From positions 1 through 43,470 of the IMG/VR virus record IMGVR_UViG_3300032883_000247: a stretch of DNA of 43,470 bases, one strand, 5' to 3'. Shown here piece by piece: positions 7,788 to 15,402 of the stretch. Each line of letters starts with the position of its first letter. The stretch's first letter is position 1. The position numbers and the translations under genes are program-made. The stretch comes from a virus. The notes below the pieces were generated by a model, which was given only the letters and a program-made list of their open reading frames with translations, did not search any database and had not been told where the DNA came from.

Positions 7788-7982
7788 ATGGCAAACGCCG
7801 GGAAAATATCAATCTGCGAAACCCTGAATAGGCGGTGGTGTTTGGCGGTTCGGGCCGGCAACGGGAAACTTTTGTTCGTCACCGATCGATCCTGGCCGGC
7901 GCGGTGGAAGGCGAGGATGGCGGCGGAGAATCTTCTTTGGCTCTTTAGGCGACGCAGAGTCAAAATCGTGATCGTGGGTTAA
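7788..7982 (+). CDS. small hypothetical protein
   Basis: ATG lies 1 nt after the upstream stop. 64-aa Arg/Trp-rich product. Confidence 0.5.
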   Translation: MANAGKISICETLNRRWCLAVRAGNGKLLFVTDRSWPARWKARMAAENLLWLFRRRRVKIVIVG

Positions 7983-8100
7983 AAGGCCAACAATGAGGCG
8001 CACGAGAGAGGGCCACACGAAAAAGCGCATCCCACCTATAACGCGGCCGACGAGGCCGCACCCTCCTTGTGGCCCCTCTCTTTTTCTCCGAAAGCGAGGG

Positions 8101-9081
8101 ATGATGAAACACCGCACCGGAAAAGCATGGATTCCTCTCTGGATCGATAAACGATTGTTCGGGAGCACTCGTCACGAGTTGATCCTCCGGCCTCCGGAGG
8201 AGGCGGCGGCCAAATATGGGGGATTTCTCGACCTCCGAGGAGTCTTTGATGATCTCATGGCACTGGCCGGAAAGGACAACGGCTACGTGAGGGTCAACGC
8301 GGGGTTGACGTACCCCGATGAGCAACTAGCAGGCCTCTTATACGTGCCGGTCGAGATTCTCCGGCTCACGATCGAACTGGCGATAAAGTACGGCAAGATT
8401 GAGAGGCTCCTCGATGGAACGCTCCGATTTACCTCCTGGGAGGATTATCAACTCTCGCCGCGATGGATGCGCTCCTTCGATCCCCCCGAGGCGAGCCTTC
8501 CTTTTGAGGCCGGAGCTCCGGATTCGCGGAAGCCTATTCCGCAAAAGCGGAGGGCTAAGGAAAGAAGAAAAGAAAATAAAATAAAAGAGAATAGAAAAGG
8601 AGACGCACCGGCGATCGCTCAAGTGATCATGGATGAGATCGCTAAATTTCCGGAGATCGCTCGTAGAATCGATTTCACGGCTCTCGCCGGCCTCCTCGCA
8701 GAGTTCCCCGATCTCGATCACCTCGAGGAGATCAAGAAGAAAATGACTTGGTGGCTCGATAATCCCCCCCACAAACATTCGCGGATAAACCTCCAACTGC
8801 GCAACTGGTTCGTGAAGGCGCAGGAGTTCCTCGAGAAAATGAGGCGGGAGGCACGATCTGGAGCGGCCGGCGAAAGCACTCGGAGGGTCGATCCCTATCG
8901 GAAACTCAAGGAGGCGTATCACGACGAGCTCACGGTGGAGCTCGATAAAAAGATCGAGAAGGCCGGAGGCGATCCCGCGCTCGCGGCGGAGCTCCGGAAT
9001 GAGGCAAACGAGAAGATGCAGAAGTTTATCCGCGATCTCGCGGCCGGCGAGCGGTGGGCCGTGGAGTGGAGGCCGAAGTGA
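8101..9081 (+). CDS. putative replication initiation / replisome organizer protein (DnaD/phage_rep_org_N-like N-terminus)
   Basis: KAWIPLWIDKRLFGS...DLMALAGKDNGYVRVNAGLTYPDEQLAGLL...IELAIKYGKIERL matches the replisome-organizer N-terminal pattern (WIKL...G.l). ATG 8101 follows gcGAGGG; an upstream in-frame ATG at 7993 is possible. Confidence 0.55.
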   Translation: MMKHRTGKAWIPLWIDKRLFGSTRHELILRPPEEAAAKYGGFLDLRGVFDDLMALAGKDNGYVRVNAGLTYPDEQLAGLLYVPVEILRLTIELAIKYGKIERLLDGTLRFTSWEDYQLSPRWMRSFDPPEASLPFEAGAPDSRKPIPQKRRAKERRKENKIKENRKGDAPAIAQVIMDEIAKFPEIARRIDFTALAGLLAEFPDLDHLEEIKKKMTWWLDNPPHKHSRINLQLRNWFVKAQEFLEKMRREARSGAAGESTRRVDPYRKLKEAYHDELTVELDKKIEKAGGDPALAAELRNEANEKMQKFIRDLAAGERWAVEWRPK

Positions 9082-9443
9082 TCCGCCTCACGATCCCGAA
9101 CGCCGTTCTCTCAAACAACGAGGTGATCAAAATGCACTGGGCCGTCAAACGCGCGACACGCCGGGCCTACGGGTGGGCTCTCCAGGTGGTAATCCTCGAG
9201 AGCCGAGAGATCGAGCCGGATTTTCTCTATCGAAAGACGCGCCGGCGCGTGAAGATCGTATCGTATCGAGGCCGGACGCTCGATCCCGACAACCTCTCCG
9301 GAGGGGCGAAGATCCTCATCGATGCGATGCGCGATCTCGGCCTCATCTTTCGGGACTCCAAGAAGTGGATCATCCTCGAGATAGATGATCGCCTGGATCG
9401 GCTCAACCCGCGAACCGAGATCGAGATCGAGGAGATAGGATGA
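9078..9443 (+). CDS. rusA: RusA-family Holliday junction resolvase
   Basis: The LDPDNLSGGAKILIDAMRDLGLIFRDSKKWI pattern (DxDN...D) and the ~120-aa length are typical of RusA. GTG 9078 overlaps the upstream stop (GTGA), with GGAGG 6 nt upstream. Confidence 0.75.
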   Translation: MIRLTIPNAVLSNNEVIKMHWAVKRATRRAYGWALQVVILESREIEPDFLYRKTRRRVKIVSYRGRTLDPDNLSGGAKILIDAMRDLGLIFRDSKKWIILEIDDRLDRLNPRTEIEIEEIG

Positions 9444-9745
9444 ACACGAATCTTGTACTCCGCGCGATCGAAAACGAGAGGGCTCGCCAGGATAAAAAGT
9501 GGGGCGTTCAAAATCACAACCCCGACTACTGGATGGTGATCCTCCTTGAGGAAGTTGGGGAGGCCGCCAAGGCGATCCTCGAGCGAGACTGGCCCGGCTA
9601 TTGCAACGAGTTGATCGAGGCGGCGGCGGTGGCGGTGGCGGCCGTCGAGTCGCTCCACCGCAACGGCGCGCCAAGGAAGGGCGGAGAGGAGGAGAACTGG
9701 GAGTGCCAGTGTGATGATTGCAAAAGAAAGCGAGGAGAGCGATGA
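9440..9745 (+). CDS. MazG-like nucleotide pyrophosphohydrolase-family protein
   Basis: ERARQDKKWGVQNH...WMVILLEEVGEAAKA is the phage MazG-like / dNTP pyrophosphohydrolase pattern (KWG...EE.GE). ATGA coupling. Confidence 0.6.
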   Translation: MNTNLVLRAIENERARQDKKWGVQNHNPDYWMVILLEEVGEAAKAILERDWPGYCNELIEAAAVAVAAVESLHRNGAPRKGGEEENWECQCDDCKRKRGER

Positions 9746-9954
9746 GAGATATCGAGGGTCTTTTCCGATCGGCTTTTTTTATCGGGTGGGCGATCTTCGT
9801 GATCGTGTTCACGTTCCTCGTGGTGGCCGGCCATCGGCAATATTTGAAGGAGGCGAGGAAAAGGAACTCGGTGATGCCATCGACACTCGGGGAGGATATC
9901 GGGGCGGCAGTGAGGTTTTTGATCGCTAAAATAACGGGGCGAAAGGAGGAATGA
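9742..9954 (+). CDS. small membrane protein (one TM helix)
   Basis: ATG 9742 overlaps the upstream stop, with GAGGAG upstream. Hydrophobic segment FFIGWAIFVIVFTFLVVAG. Confidence 0.6.
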   Translation: MRDIEGLFRSAFFIGWAIFVIVFTFLVVAGHRQYLKEARKRNSVMPSTLGEDIGAAVRFLIAKITGRKEE

Positions 9955-9955
9955 C

Positions 9956-10354
9956 ATGGAATGTCCAAAATGTGAGGGCCGAGGCAGGGAGGGCTACGAT
10001 GCCGGAGGCGGCCGCGTCAAGTACTATGCCTGCGGTCTTTGCCTCGGGAGTGGCAAAGTTCCTGATCCCGAGCCGGCGCCCGGCGAGGTGGCCGTGATTC
10101 AATATCTCCGGCCGGCCGGAGAGAGAAGGATTGTATTCGCGCCGGTCGGGGAGGAGTACGTTCGGAGGGCGAGTGGGATGATCTTCTCCTCCGAGGTGCT
10201 CCGAACGGGAGAGGTGGCCATTTATGCGCGGTGGGAGGGCGAGAGCGAGGAATACGAAAAAATTGAGATTGGCGATAACGGGCCCGGCGAGAACACGCCT
10301 ACCGATGCTCTCAAACACCTGATCGATCGCAAGAGGGCGGAGCGGCCGGCGTGA
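9956..10354 (+). CDS. hypothetical protein with two DnaJ-type CxxCxGxG zinc-finger motifs
   Basis: CPKCEGRG and CGLCLGSG at the N-terminus. RBS gaAAGGAGGaatgac. Confidence 0.7.
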   Translation: MECPKCEGRGREGYDAGGGRVKYYACGLCLGSGKVPDPEPAPGEVAVIQYLRPAGERRIVFAPVGEEYVRRASGMIFSSEVLRTGEVAIYARWEGESEEYEKIEIGDNGPGENTPTDALKHLIDRKRAERPA

Positions 10355-10566
10355 GCAAACTCAAGCCGATCGAAAACGGGGAGCCCTACTACGTGCGCGA
10401 TGGCGCGGTCGAGGAGGAAGGCTGTTGTGATTGCGGCCTCGTCCACCAAATGATTTACAAGATCGTTGGCCGGAGGATCGAGATCAGATCCTACCGCGAT
10501 ATTTTCGCCACGCGGCTCGAGCGGAAGGCGGAGGGGATTCGGATCAGGAGGAGGGCTAAAAAATGA
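10351..10566 (+). CDS. small hypothetical protein
   Basis: GTG start overlaps the upstream stop (GTGA). 71-aa product containing CCDCG. Confidence 0.55.
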   Translation: MSKLKPIENGEPYYVRDGAVEEEGCCDCGLVHQMIYKIVGRRIEIRSYRDIFATRLERKAEGIRIRRRAKK

Positions 10567-10958
10567 GGCATTATTATTACCTACATTCGAACGGCGATTT
10601 GATCGGAAAACCGCCGATCGTGGTCGATAACGATCCGCAGTATTTCAACTCCCCGTTCGTGAAGAAGTGGTGGCTTGTCGAGACGGATCGGCGCGATACG
10701 GCCTATCGCCTCGTGCTCGAGGCTCTCACGCTCGGCGTCCGAGTCGAGCGCGTCGTGGAGCTCGTGAAGAAATGGGGGCTCACGAAAGAAGACTCCTGGG
10801 AGTACGTGGCGAGGACAAAACCGGACGCCTGCCTCGGCGCGGGGCTCAAGATTTTCATTGAACAAATCCTAAAAATGACGGAAGATTCCTATTGGGAGGA
10901 GTTCATGGTATGGGGCCGGACGCGCGAGGAGGCGGAGAAAAAGGAGGTGAAAACATGA
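10563..10958 (+). CDS. hypothetical protein
   Basis: ATGA coupling at both ends. 131-aa ORF. Confidence 0.7.
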   Translation: MRHYYYLHSNGDLIGKPPIVVDNDPQYFNSPFVKKWWLVETDRRDTAYRLVLEALTLGVRVERVVELVKKWGLTKEDSWEYVARTKPDACLGAGLKIFIEQILKMTEDSYWEEFMVWGRTREEAEKKEVKT

Positions 10959-11131
10959 AGTTTGAGATCGCGGTCATCATTTTCCTGGGCGTCATCGTGC
11001 AGGTGTTGACGTTCCTCCTCGGATTCCTTCTCGGAGGCCGAGAGGCTGAAAAGAAGGCGAGGCAGGAGGCGGCGAAGGTGCTCAAGGATGCGCTCGGGAT
11101 ATTCGAGAAAGCAGGAGGTAAACCATCATGA
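10955..11131 (+). CDS. small single-TM protein, holin-like candidate
   Basis: 58 aa. N-terminal TM FEIAVIIFLGVIVQVLTFLLGFLLGG followed by a charged tail. RBS aAAGGAGGtgaaaac. It overlaps the start of the RlpA-like muralytic gene (ATGA). Confidence 0.55.
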   Translation: MKFEIAVIIFLGVIVQVLTFLLGFLLGGREAEKKARQEAAKVLKDALGIFEKAGGKPS

Positions 11132-11721
11132 AAAAACGAGAGCCTTATGAAATCTATCACCTTGTGAGCAAACGATTTCTTATCGCGGCCTTCGCCGTGC
11201 TCGCGCTCTTTGCGCTCTACGCCTCGGTTTCGGCGGTGCGGACGACGCTCGATATCAACGCACTAAAGGAGGAGGTGGCGCAGAACGGCCGGCTCATCAA
11301 CGTGCTCGGCCGGCAATCGGCCGCGCTCGTGGAGAAAGTTGGCGCGCTCGAGCGATCCCTCCAAATCCTAACGACCGGCTCGGAGGTCGGACTTGCCTCG
11401 TGGTACGGGCCCGGATTCCATGGCCGGCCAACGGCGGGAGGCGCGATCTTTGACAAAGACGCGAAAACGGCCGCTCATCGAACCCTCCCTCTCCAAGCGA
11501 TTGTTCGGATCTTGAACCTGATGAACGGGAAAACCGCCGTGCTCCCGATCACGGATCGAGGGCCGTATAACGGAGAGCCGCCATTTTGGAGCGGGAGGAT
11601 TATCGATCTCTCGGAGGGAGCGGCGCGCGATCTCGGGATGATCGAGCCCGGCGTCGTGCCGGTTCTCGTCACGCACCTCTCTATCACGCTCCCCTCGGCG
11701 AGGCCGAGCACACAGGATTAG
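11128..11721 (+). CDS. RlpA-like (DPBB_1) lytic transglycosylase with an N-terminal membrane anchor
   Basis: GLASWYGPGFHGRPTAGGAIFD...TAAHRTLP...PITDRGPY...RIIDLSEGAARDLG matches the RlpA double-psi beta-barrel signature. The N-terminal segment FLIAAFAVLALFALYASVSAV is Ala-rich. Confidence 0.8.
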   Translation: MKKREPYEIYHLVSKRFLIAAFAVLALFALYASVSAVRTTLDINALKEEVAQNGRLINVLGRQSAALVEKVGALERSLQILTTGSEVGLASWYGPGFHGRPTAGGAIFDKDAKTAAHRTLPLQAIVRILNLMNGKTAVLPITDRGPYNGEPPFWSGRIIDLSEGAARDLGMIEPGVVPVLVTHLSITLPSARPSTQD

Positions 11722-11725
11722 GCCG

Positions 11726-11977
11726 ATGGCAGAGGAGAAAGAAAAAACGGCCGATCTCGGGCGATGTATCGGCAACGCTCGCGGCTCGAGTATCGAGTTT
11801 TGGAGAACCGCCTATTTCTCCAAGATCGGCAACAAGGATTTTATCGATGGCCTCCTCGGCGCGATCTGGTGGCTCGCGCGGTGGGTGGATGGCCGGCAAG
11901 TCGTCGGGGTGCTCGAAGATCCCTATGAGCTCGTCGTCCACGAGATCAAGATCGCGCTCGAGTATCCGGAGGTATGA
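11726..11977 (+). CDS. hypothetical protein
   Basis: 83-aa ORF. The stop overlaps the next small ORF start (ATGA). Confidence 0.6.
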   Translation: MAEEKEKTADLGRCIGNARGSSIEFWRTAYFSKIGNKDFIDGLLGAIWWLARWVDGRQVVGVLEDPYELVVHEIKIALEYPEV

Positions 11978-12111
11978 TGCATCTGCTCGTCTTGTTTTGG
12001 AGGGTCGTCGTGTTCGTGATCATCACGACCGTGGTCGGCTCCGTGATTACTGTCGGATACTGCCTCCTCACGCTCCTTGCTCGGCTCGAGGATCGGGAGG
12101 GCCGCCGATGA
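11974..12111 (+). CDS. small hydrophobic membrane peptide (45 aa; below the ORF-track cutoff)
   Basis: Hand translation: MMHLLVLFWRVVVFVIITTVVGSVITVGYCLLTLLARLEDREGRR. ATGA overlaps with both flanking genes. Confidence 0.5.
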   Translation: MMHLLVLFWRVVVFVIITTVVGSVITVGYCLLTLLARLEDREGRR

Positions 12112-13115
12112 TCTGGCCGGAGGATTTCGTCGATCGGATCGTCTGCGGAGACGCGTTCTTGTCGATCGAGGAGATTCCTGATGATTCGATCGATGCGGTG
12201 GTCACGTCGCCGCCGTTCTGGAAATGCCGGGATTTCGGGATCGACGCTCAGATGGGACAAGAGGAAACACACACGAAATATATCGATACTCTCCTCGCCG
12301 TCTGCGTTGAGCTCCGCCGCGTGCTCCGGCCGGAGGGCTCGCTCTGGATCGAACTCGGCGATCAATACGGGGGGAGCGGCAAAGGCCACGGCGACAAAAA
12401 GCGGGATCCGAAATTCCGCGAGGGCGGGAGGGAGCGATCGATCGAGCCGGCGCGGGACGGATATCCGAGGAAATCGCTCTACCTCCTCCCGTTCCGTTTC
12501 GCGACCGAGATGGTATCGCTCGGGTGGCTCTGCCGCAACGTCGTGATCTGGCAAAAACCGAACGTGATCCCCGAGAGCGCGAAGGATCGGTTGACGGTCG
12601 ATTTCTCTTACGTTTTTTTCTTCGTGAAATCCCGCCGCTACTACTTCGATCGCCTCCTCGATCCCGTTCAGCCGGACTCGATCCGGAGGGCGGGACGGGG
12701 TGTTTCGATGCACCATAAATATCGCGACGGCGCGCCTGGAGTGCGCCGCCACACGATGCACCAACCGCGCGAAAACGTCCGGCACGAGGGGCGCGGGATC
12801 GTGGCCTCGCGGTTCGTCCAACCGGAGATGAGAAACCGCCGCGCCGTGCGGACGATCCCGACGCGAGCGTTCGCCGGGCCTCATTTCGCCACGTTTCCAG
12901 AGGAGCTCGTAGAGCCGATGATTCGCGCCTCCTGTCCTCCGGGCGGCCTCGTGCTCGACCCCTTCGTCGGCACGGGTACTGTGGCGGTCGTGGCGCGAAA
13001 GACGGGCCGACGTTTCGTCGGCATAGATCTGAATCCCGAATACTGCGCGATCGCCGAGCGGAGGATCGCCGAGATTCTCCCGCTCGAGTTCCCGCGAGGA
13101 GAGGAGAAACGATGA
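12108..13115 (+). CDS. beta-class N4-cytosine/N6-adenine DNA methyltransferase (SPPF motif IV)
   Basis: Motif IV DAVVTSPPFW is near the N-terminus and motif I VLDPFVGTGTVAVVA near the C-terminus, which is the beta-class order. ATG 12108 overlaps the upstream stop. The long upstream extension in the ORF track (from 11586) overlaps other genes and is Arg/Ser-rich. Confidence 0.85.
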   Translation: MIWPEDFVDRIVCGDAFLSIEEIPDDSIDAVVTSPPFWKCRDFGIDAQMGQEETHTKYIDTLLAVCVELRRVLRPEGSLWIELGDQYGGSGKGHGDKKRDPKFREGGRERSIEPARDGYPRKSLYLLPFRFATEMVSLGWLCRNVVIWQKPNVIPESAKDRLTVDFSYVFFFVKSRRYYFDRLLDPVQPDSIRRAGRGVSMHHKYRDGAPGVRRHTMHQPRENVRHEGRGIVASRFVQPEMRNRRAVRTIPTRAFAGPHFATFPEELVEPMIRASCPPGGLVLDPFVGTGTVAVVARKTGRRFVGIDLNPEYCAIAERRIAEILPLEFPRGEEKR

Positions 13116-13291
13116 CGGAATCCTACGGCGAGGGAGTCCTCCGGAGAAAGGCGTTTATCGATCGGAGAAAACGCCTCGCGGAGGAGTGGAGAGCGATTCA
13201 TCCCGAAGGCCTCACGCCGGCCAACCTCAAAGAGGCGCAGGCGTTTTTCAAGAGGCGGGAAAAGGAAATCCAAAAGGAGGAGAAACAATGA
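13112..13291 (+). CDS. small hypothetical basic protein (59 aa; below the ORF-track cutoff)
   Basis: Hand translation: MTESYGEGVLRRKAFIDRRKRLAEEWRAIHPEGLTPANLKEAQAFFKRREKEIQKEEKQ. ATGA overlaps at both ends. Confidence 0.5.
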   Translation: MTESYGEGVLRRKAFIDRRKRLAEEWRAIHPEGLTPANLKEAQAFFKRREKEIQKEEKQ

Positions 13292-13554
13292 AGGTACAGG
13301 TCGAGGTGAAACAGGAGAGTCTTTTCGGAGAGCGCGATCGCGTGCTCAACGGCCTAACGCTCGAGATCAATCTCGTGGAGGCCGATATCAGGGCGGCCAA
13401 GAAGGCGATCCAAAACAAGGAGCTCGAGGTCGTCGTTCTGAACTCGAGGAAAGAGATGCTCAAGGCCTCGCTCAAGATGGTCGAATCGATCGCTCCGGAG
13501 ACGTCTCCGGAGGCCAAAGGAAAAGGGCCGGCAAAGAAGACCGGCAAAAAATAA
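13288..13554 (+). CDS. hypothetical coiled-coil protein
   Basis: ATG 13288 preceded by aaAAGGAGGagaaaca. 88 aa. The upstream part of track ORF 13186-13554 is probably not translated. Confidence 0.65.
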   Translation: MKVQVEVKQESLFGERDRVLNGLTLEINLVEADIRAAKKAIQNKELEVVVLNSRKEMLKASLKMVESIAPETSPEAKGKGPAKKTGKK

Positions 13555-13571
13555 ACCTTAAGGAGGTTTCC

Positions 13572-13952
13572 ATGATTTCTGTTCGGAAGGTTCTCGGTGT
13601 AGTGATCCTGTTCTTCCTCCTCGCCGGCCTCTCGTGGGCCGCGCAGGCGGCGACCACGCCGGCAACGGCGGAGAACGGGAACACGCTCGAGATCGTCGCG
13701 CTCGTGGCCGCGGTGGCCGTGACAACGCAGGCGATCAAGAAGGGGCTCGAGGCGTTGTTCGGAAAACCGCTCGTGCCGGCTCTCGCCTTTGCGCTCTCCG
13801 TGGTCGTGGCCTTTTTTACGGTCGCGATCCGTGCGCTCGCGATCGGCCATCCGTTCAACGCGGCTCTATTTGGGATCTTCATTCAGGTCGTGCTCTATTC
13901 AAGCGGCACGTTCTTGCTGATCAAAAAGGTCTCGCCGGAGCCGCCGAAGTAG
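13572..13952 (+). CDS. membrane protein with a signal peptide and about 3 TM helices (holin-like or exclusion-protein candidate)
   Basis: RBS taAGGAGGtttcc. N-terminal signal-like sequence VILFFLLAGLSWAAQAA, then hydrophobic segments IVALVAAVAVTT, LVPALAFALSVVVAFFTVAI and LFGIFIQVVLYSSGTFLLI. Confidence 0.7.
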   Translation: MISVRKVLGVVILFFLLAGLSWAAQAATTPATAENGNTLEIVALVAAVAVTTQAIKKGLEALFGKPLVPALAFALSVVVAFFTVAIRALAIGHPFNAALFGIFIQVVLYSSGTFLLIKKVSPEPPK

Positions 13953-14045
13953 GCCAGTCGGGCATTTCGGAAAAGGTTCTCGCCGCGTTGGGATAGCGCG
14001 GAGGTTGGGAGGGAGGGTAGGACTTTTTCACAAGAGGAGAAAAAC

Positions 14046-14747
14046 ATGAACGATAAAACAAACATCTTTCAGGCACTTATCAAACGCGATCCTGATTTTC
14101 TGGATCGGCCGCTTATCGATCTTTTGCCTTTGCGGTTTATGGGCGAGGTAGCCGTCAATGCTTATCGAGGCTTAATAAAACGGCTCGATAATTTGCCGCT
14201 TTCGCTGGAGGAAAAAGAATCGAGGCTCAAGGACGGCCAGGACGCGGGGAAGGCTCTGCTGATGATCGAGGCCAGGATCGGGGAATTGCTGCCTTCAGAA
14301 GAAGAAGCACAAAGCGCAGCGGGTAAATATGGACGTTCAAAACAAACAGGGAAACCGGGGGTGCCCAAATTCGAGGCTCCCCCGATGGAACGACACAAAA
14401 GAACTATTGCCCGCGCCATCGCCTCGCACCCCGCCGAGGTCGCCGAGGTCATCAAAGAGGCCGAGGAGAACGAGGATATCCCGACCAAGACGGCCGTTTT
14501 GAACAAGATCGCCTACAAGCAGGAAGCGGCGCGGAAGAAAGGATCGAGGGAAAAGACGCAAATTGAGATGGCCGCTGATGCATATCTCTATTACACGCGG
14601 CTCGAAGATGCGCTTCGCATCATCCCGGCGACTCCGCCGCGAGAACTCAAAGAAAAGGATTTTTTAATAATCAAAGCCGTCTGGCTTTTGATATTCAAAA
14701 GAGGAGAATATTTCAATGAAAAGAAAACACAAAGTCTTCCCCGGTGA
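14046..14747 (+). CDS. hypothetical protein in the low-GC island
   Basis: RBS agAGGAGaaaaac. 233-aa ORF whose codon usage (AAA, GAA, TTA, ATA) differs from the rest of the genome. Confidence 0.7.
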   Translation: MNDKTNIFQALIKRDPDFLDRPLIDLLPLRFMGEVAVNAYRGLIKRLDNLPLSLEEKESRLKDGQDAGKALLMIEARIGELLPSEEEAQSAAGKYGRSKQTGKPGVPKFEAPPMERHKRTIARAIASHPAEVAEVIKEAEENEDIPTKTAVLNKIAYKQEAARKKGSREKTQIEMAADAYLYYTRLEDALRIIPATPPRELKEKDFLIIKAVWLLIFKRGEYFNEKKTQSLPR

Positions 14748-15132
14748 GATCGAAGAATTTCTCAGGGCAAACGGCAACGCTGTCACCATCCGGAAAATAG
14801 CGAAGGAATTTGATTGCACACCGAGAACGATCAGAAAGAAATTGCGCATACTTCGGGATGAGGGAAAGCCGATGATGCCGACCCAGAAAGGAATCCTTAA
14901 TGCCGACAAAGTGACCGACGAGGCCAGAGCAAAATTAATCAAGGATGCCGTGGAATGGGTAGTTAAATCCATCCACAATTTAAGCGGGATCGCCGCCGTT
15001 GAGAGAAAACCGCTCCTCCAGGCTCGAAAACTACTGCAATCGCCGGAGGATAGAAAACAAATTAAGGCCCAGTTAATGATGTTGGTTCATGCCATCGATA
15101 TCATAGATATAGATCATCAATTAGAGGAATAG
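14716..15132 (+). CDS. putative winged-HTH DNA-binding protein in the low-GC island
   Basis: VTIRKIAKEFDCTPRTIRKKLRILRDEGK resembles a DeoR/HTH_11-type N-terminal wHTH. RBS aGAGGAGaatatttca. It overlaps the upstream gene by 32 nt. Confidence 0.6.
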   Translation: MKRKHKVFPGEIEEFLRANGNAVTIRKIAKEFDCTPRTIRKKLRILRDEGKPMMPTQKGILNADKVTDEARAKLIKDAVEWVVKSIHNLSGIAAVERKPLLQARKLLQSPEDRKQIKAQLMMLVHAIDIIDIDHQLEE

Positions 15133-15144
15133 AGGAGAAAAACG

Positions 15145-15402
15145 ATGGCTAAAAAACGGAAAAGATCGAGGGCCGAAATCCTCGCTCTAAACCTCGAGGA
15201 GAAGATCCTCATCGAGCGCATCCTGCTCGATAAACTCAACGTGATCGTCTCGCAGAACGATACGATCTCGACGATCTATCATCGAATCCAGGCGGAGCTC
15301 GAGGGATACAAGGCACTCCGGAAGGAGCTCACGGAGGTGATCAAAACGAGCCAGAAATTTCGCGCTCACCTCCGGAGGCACAAGAGGGCGCGGCGGCGGT
15401 GA
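15145..15402 (+). CDS. small basic coiled-coil protein
   Basis: RBS taGAGGAGaaaaacg. 85-aa product with Lys/Arg-rich termini. Confidence 0.65.
   Translation: MAKKRKRSRAEILALNLEEKILIERILLDKLNVIVSQNDTISTIYHRIQAELEGYKALRKELTEVIKTSQKFRAHLRRHKRARRR

Noticed and set aside
11586-12107. Long N-terminal extension of the methyltransferase ORF in the six-frame track.
   Set aside because: The extension overlaps the RlpA-like gene and two other ORFs and is Arg/Ser/Gly-rich. The methyltransferase fold begins right after ATG 12108, which makes an ATGA overlap with the upstream micro-ORF.
14664-14978. 104-aa hydrophobic ORF antisense to the wHTH gene in the low-GC island.
   Set aside because: It is less expected by chance in AT-richer DNA, so I considered it. 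However, the + strand gene has a clear RBS and an HTH motif, the antisense ORF has no upstream Shine-Dalgarno sequence, and it would be the only minus-strand gene in the genome.
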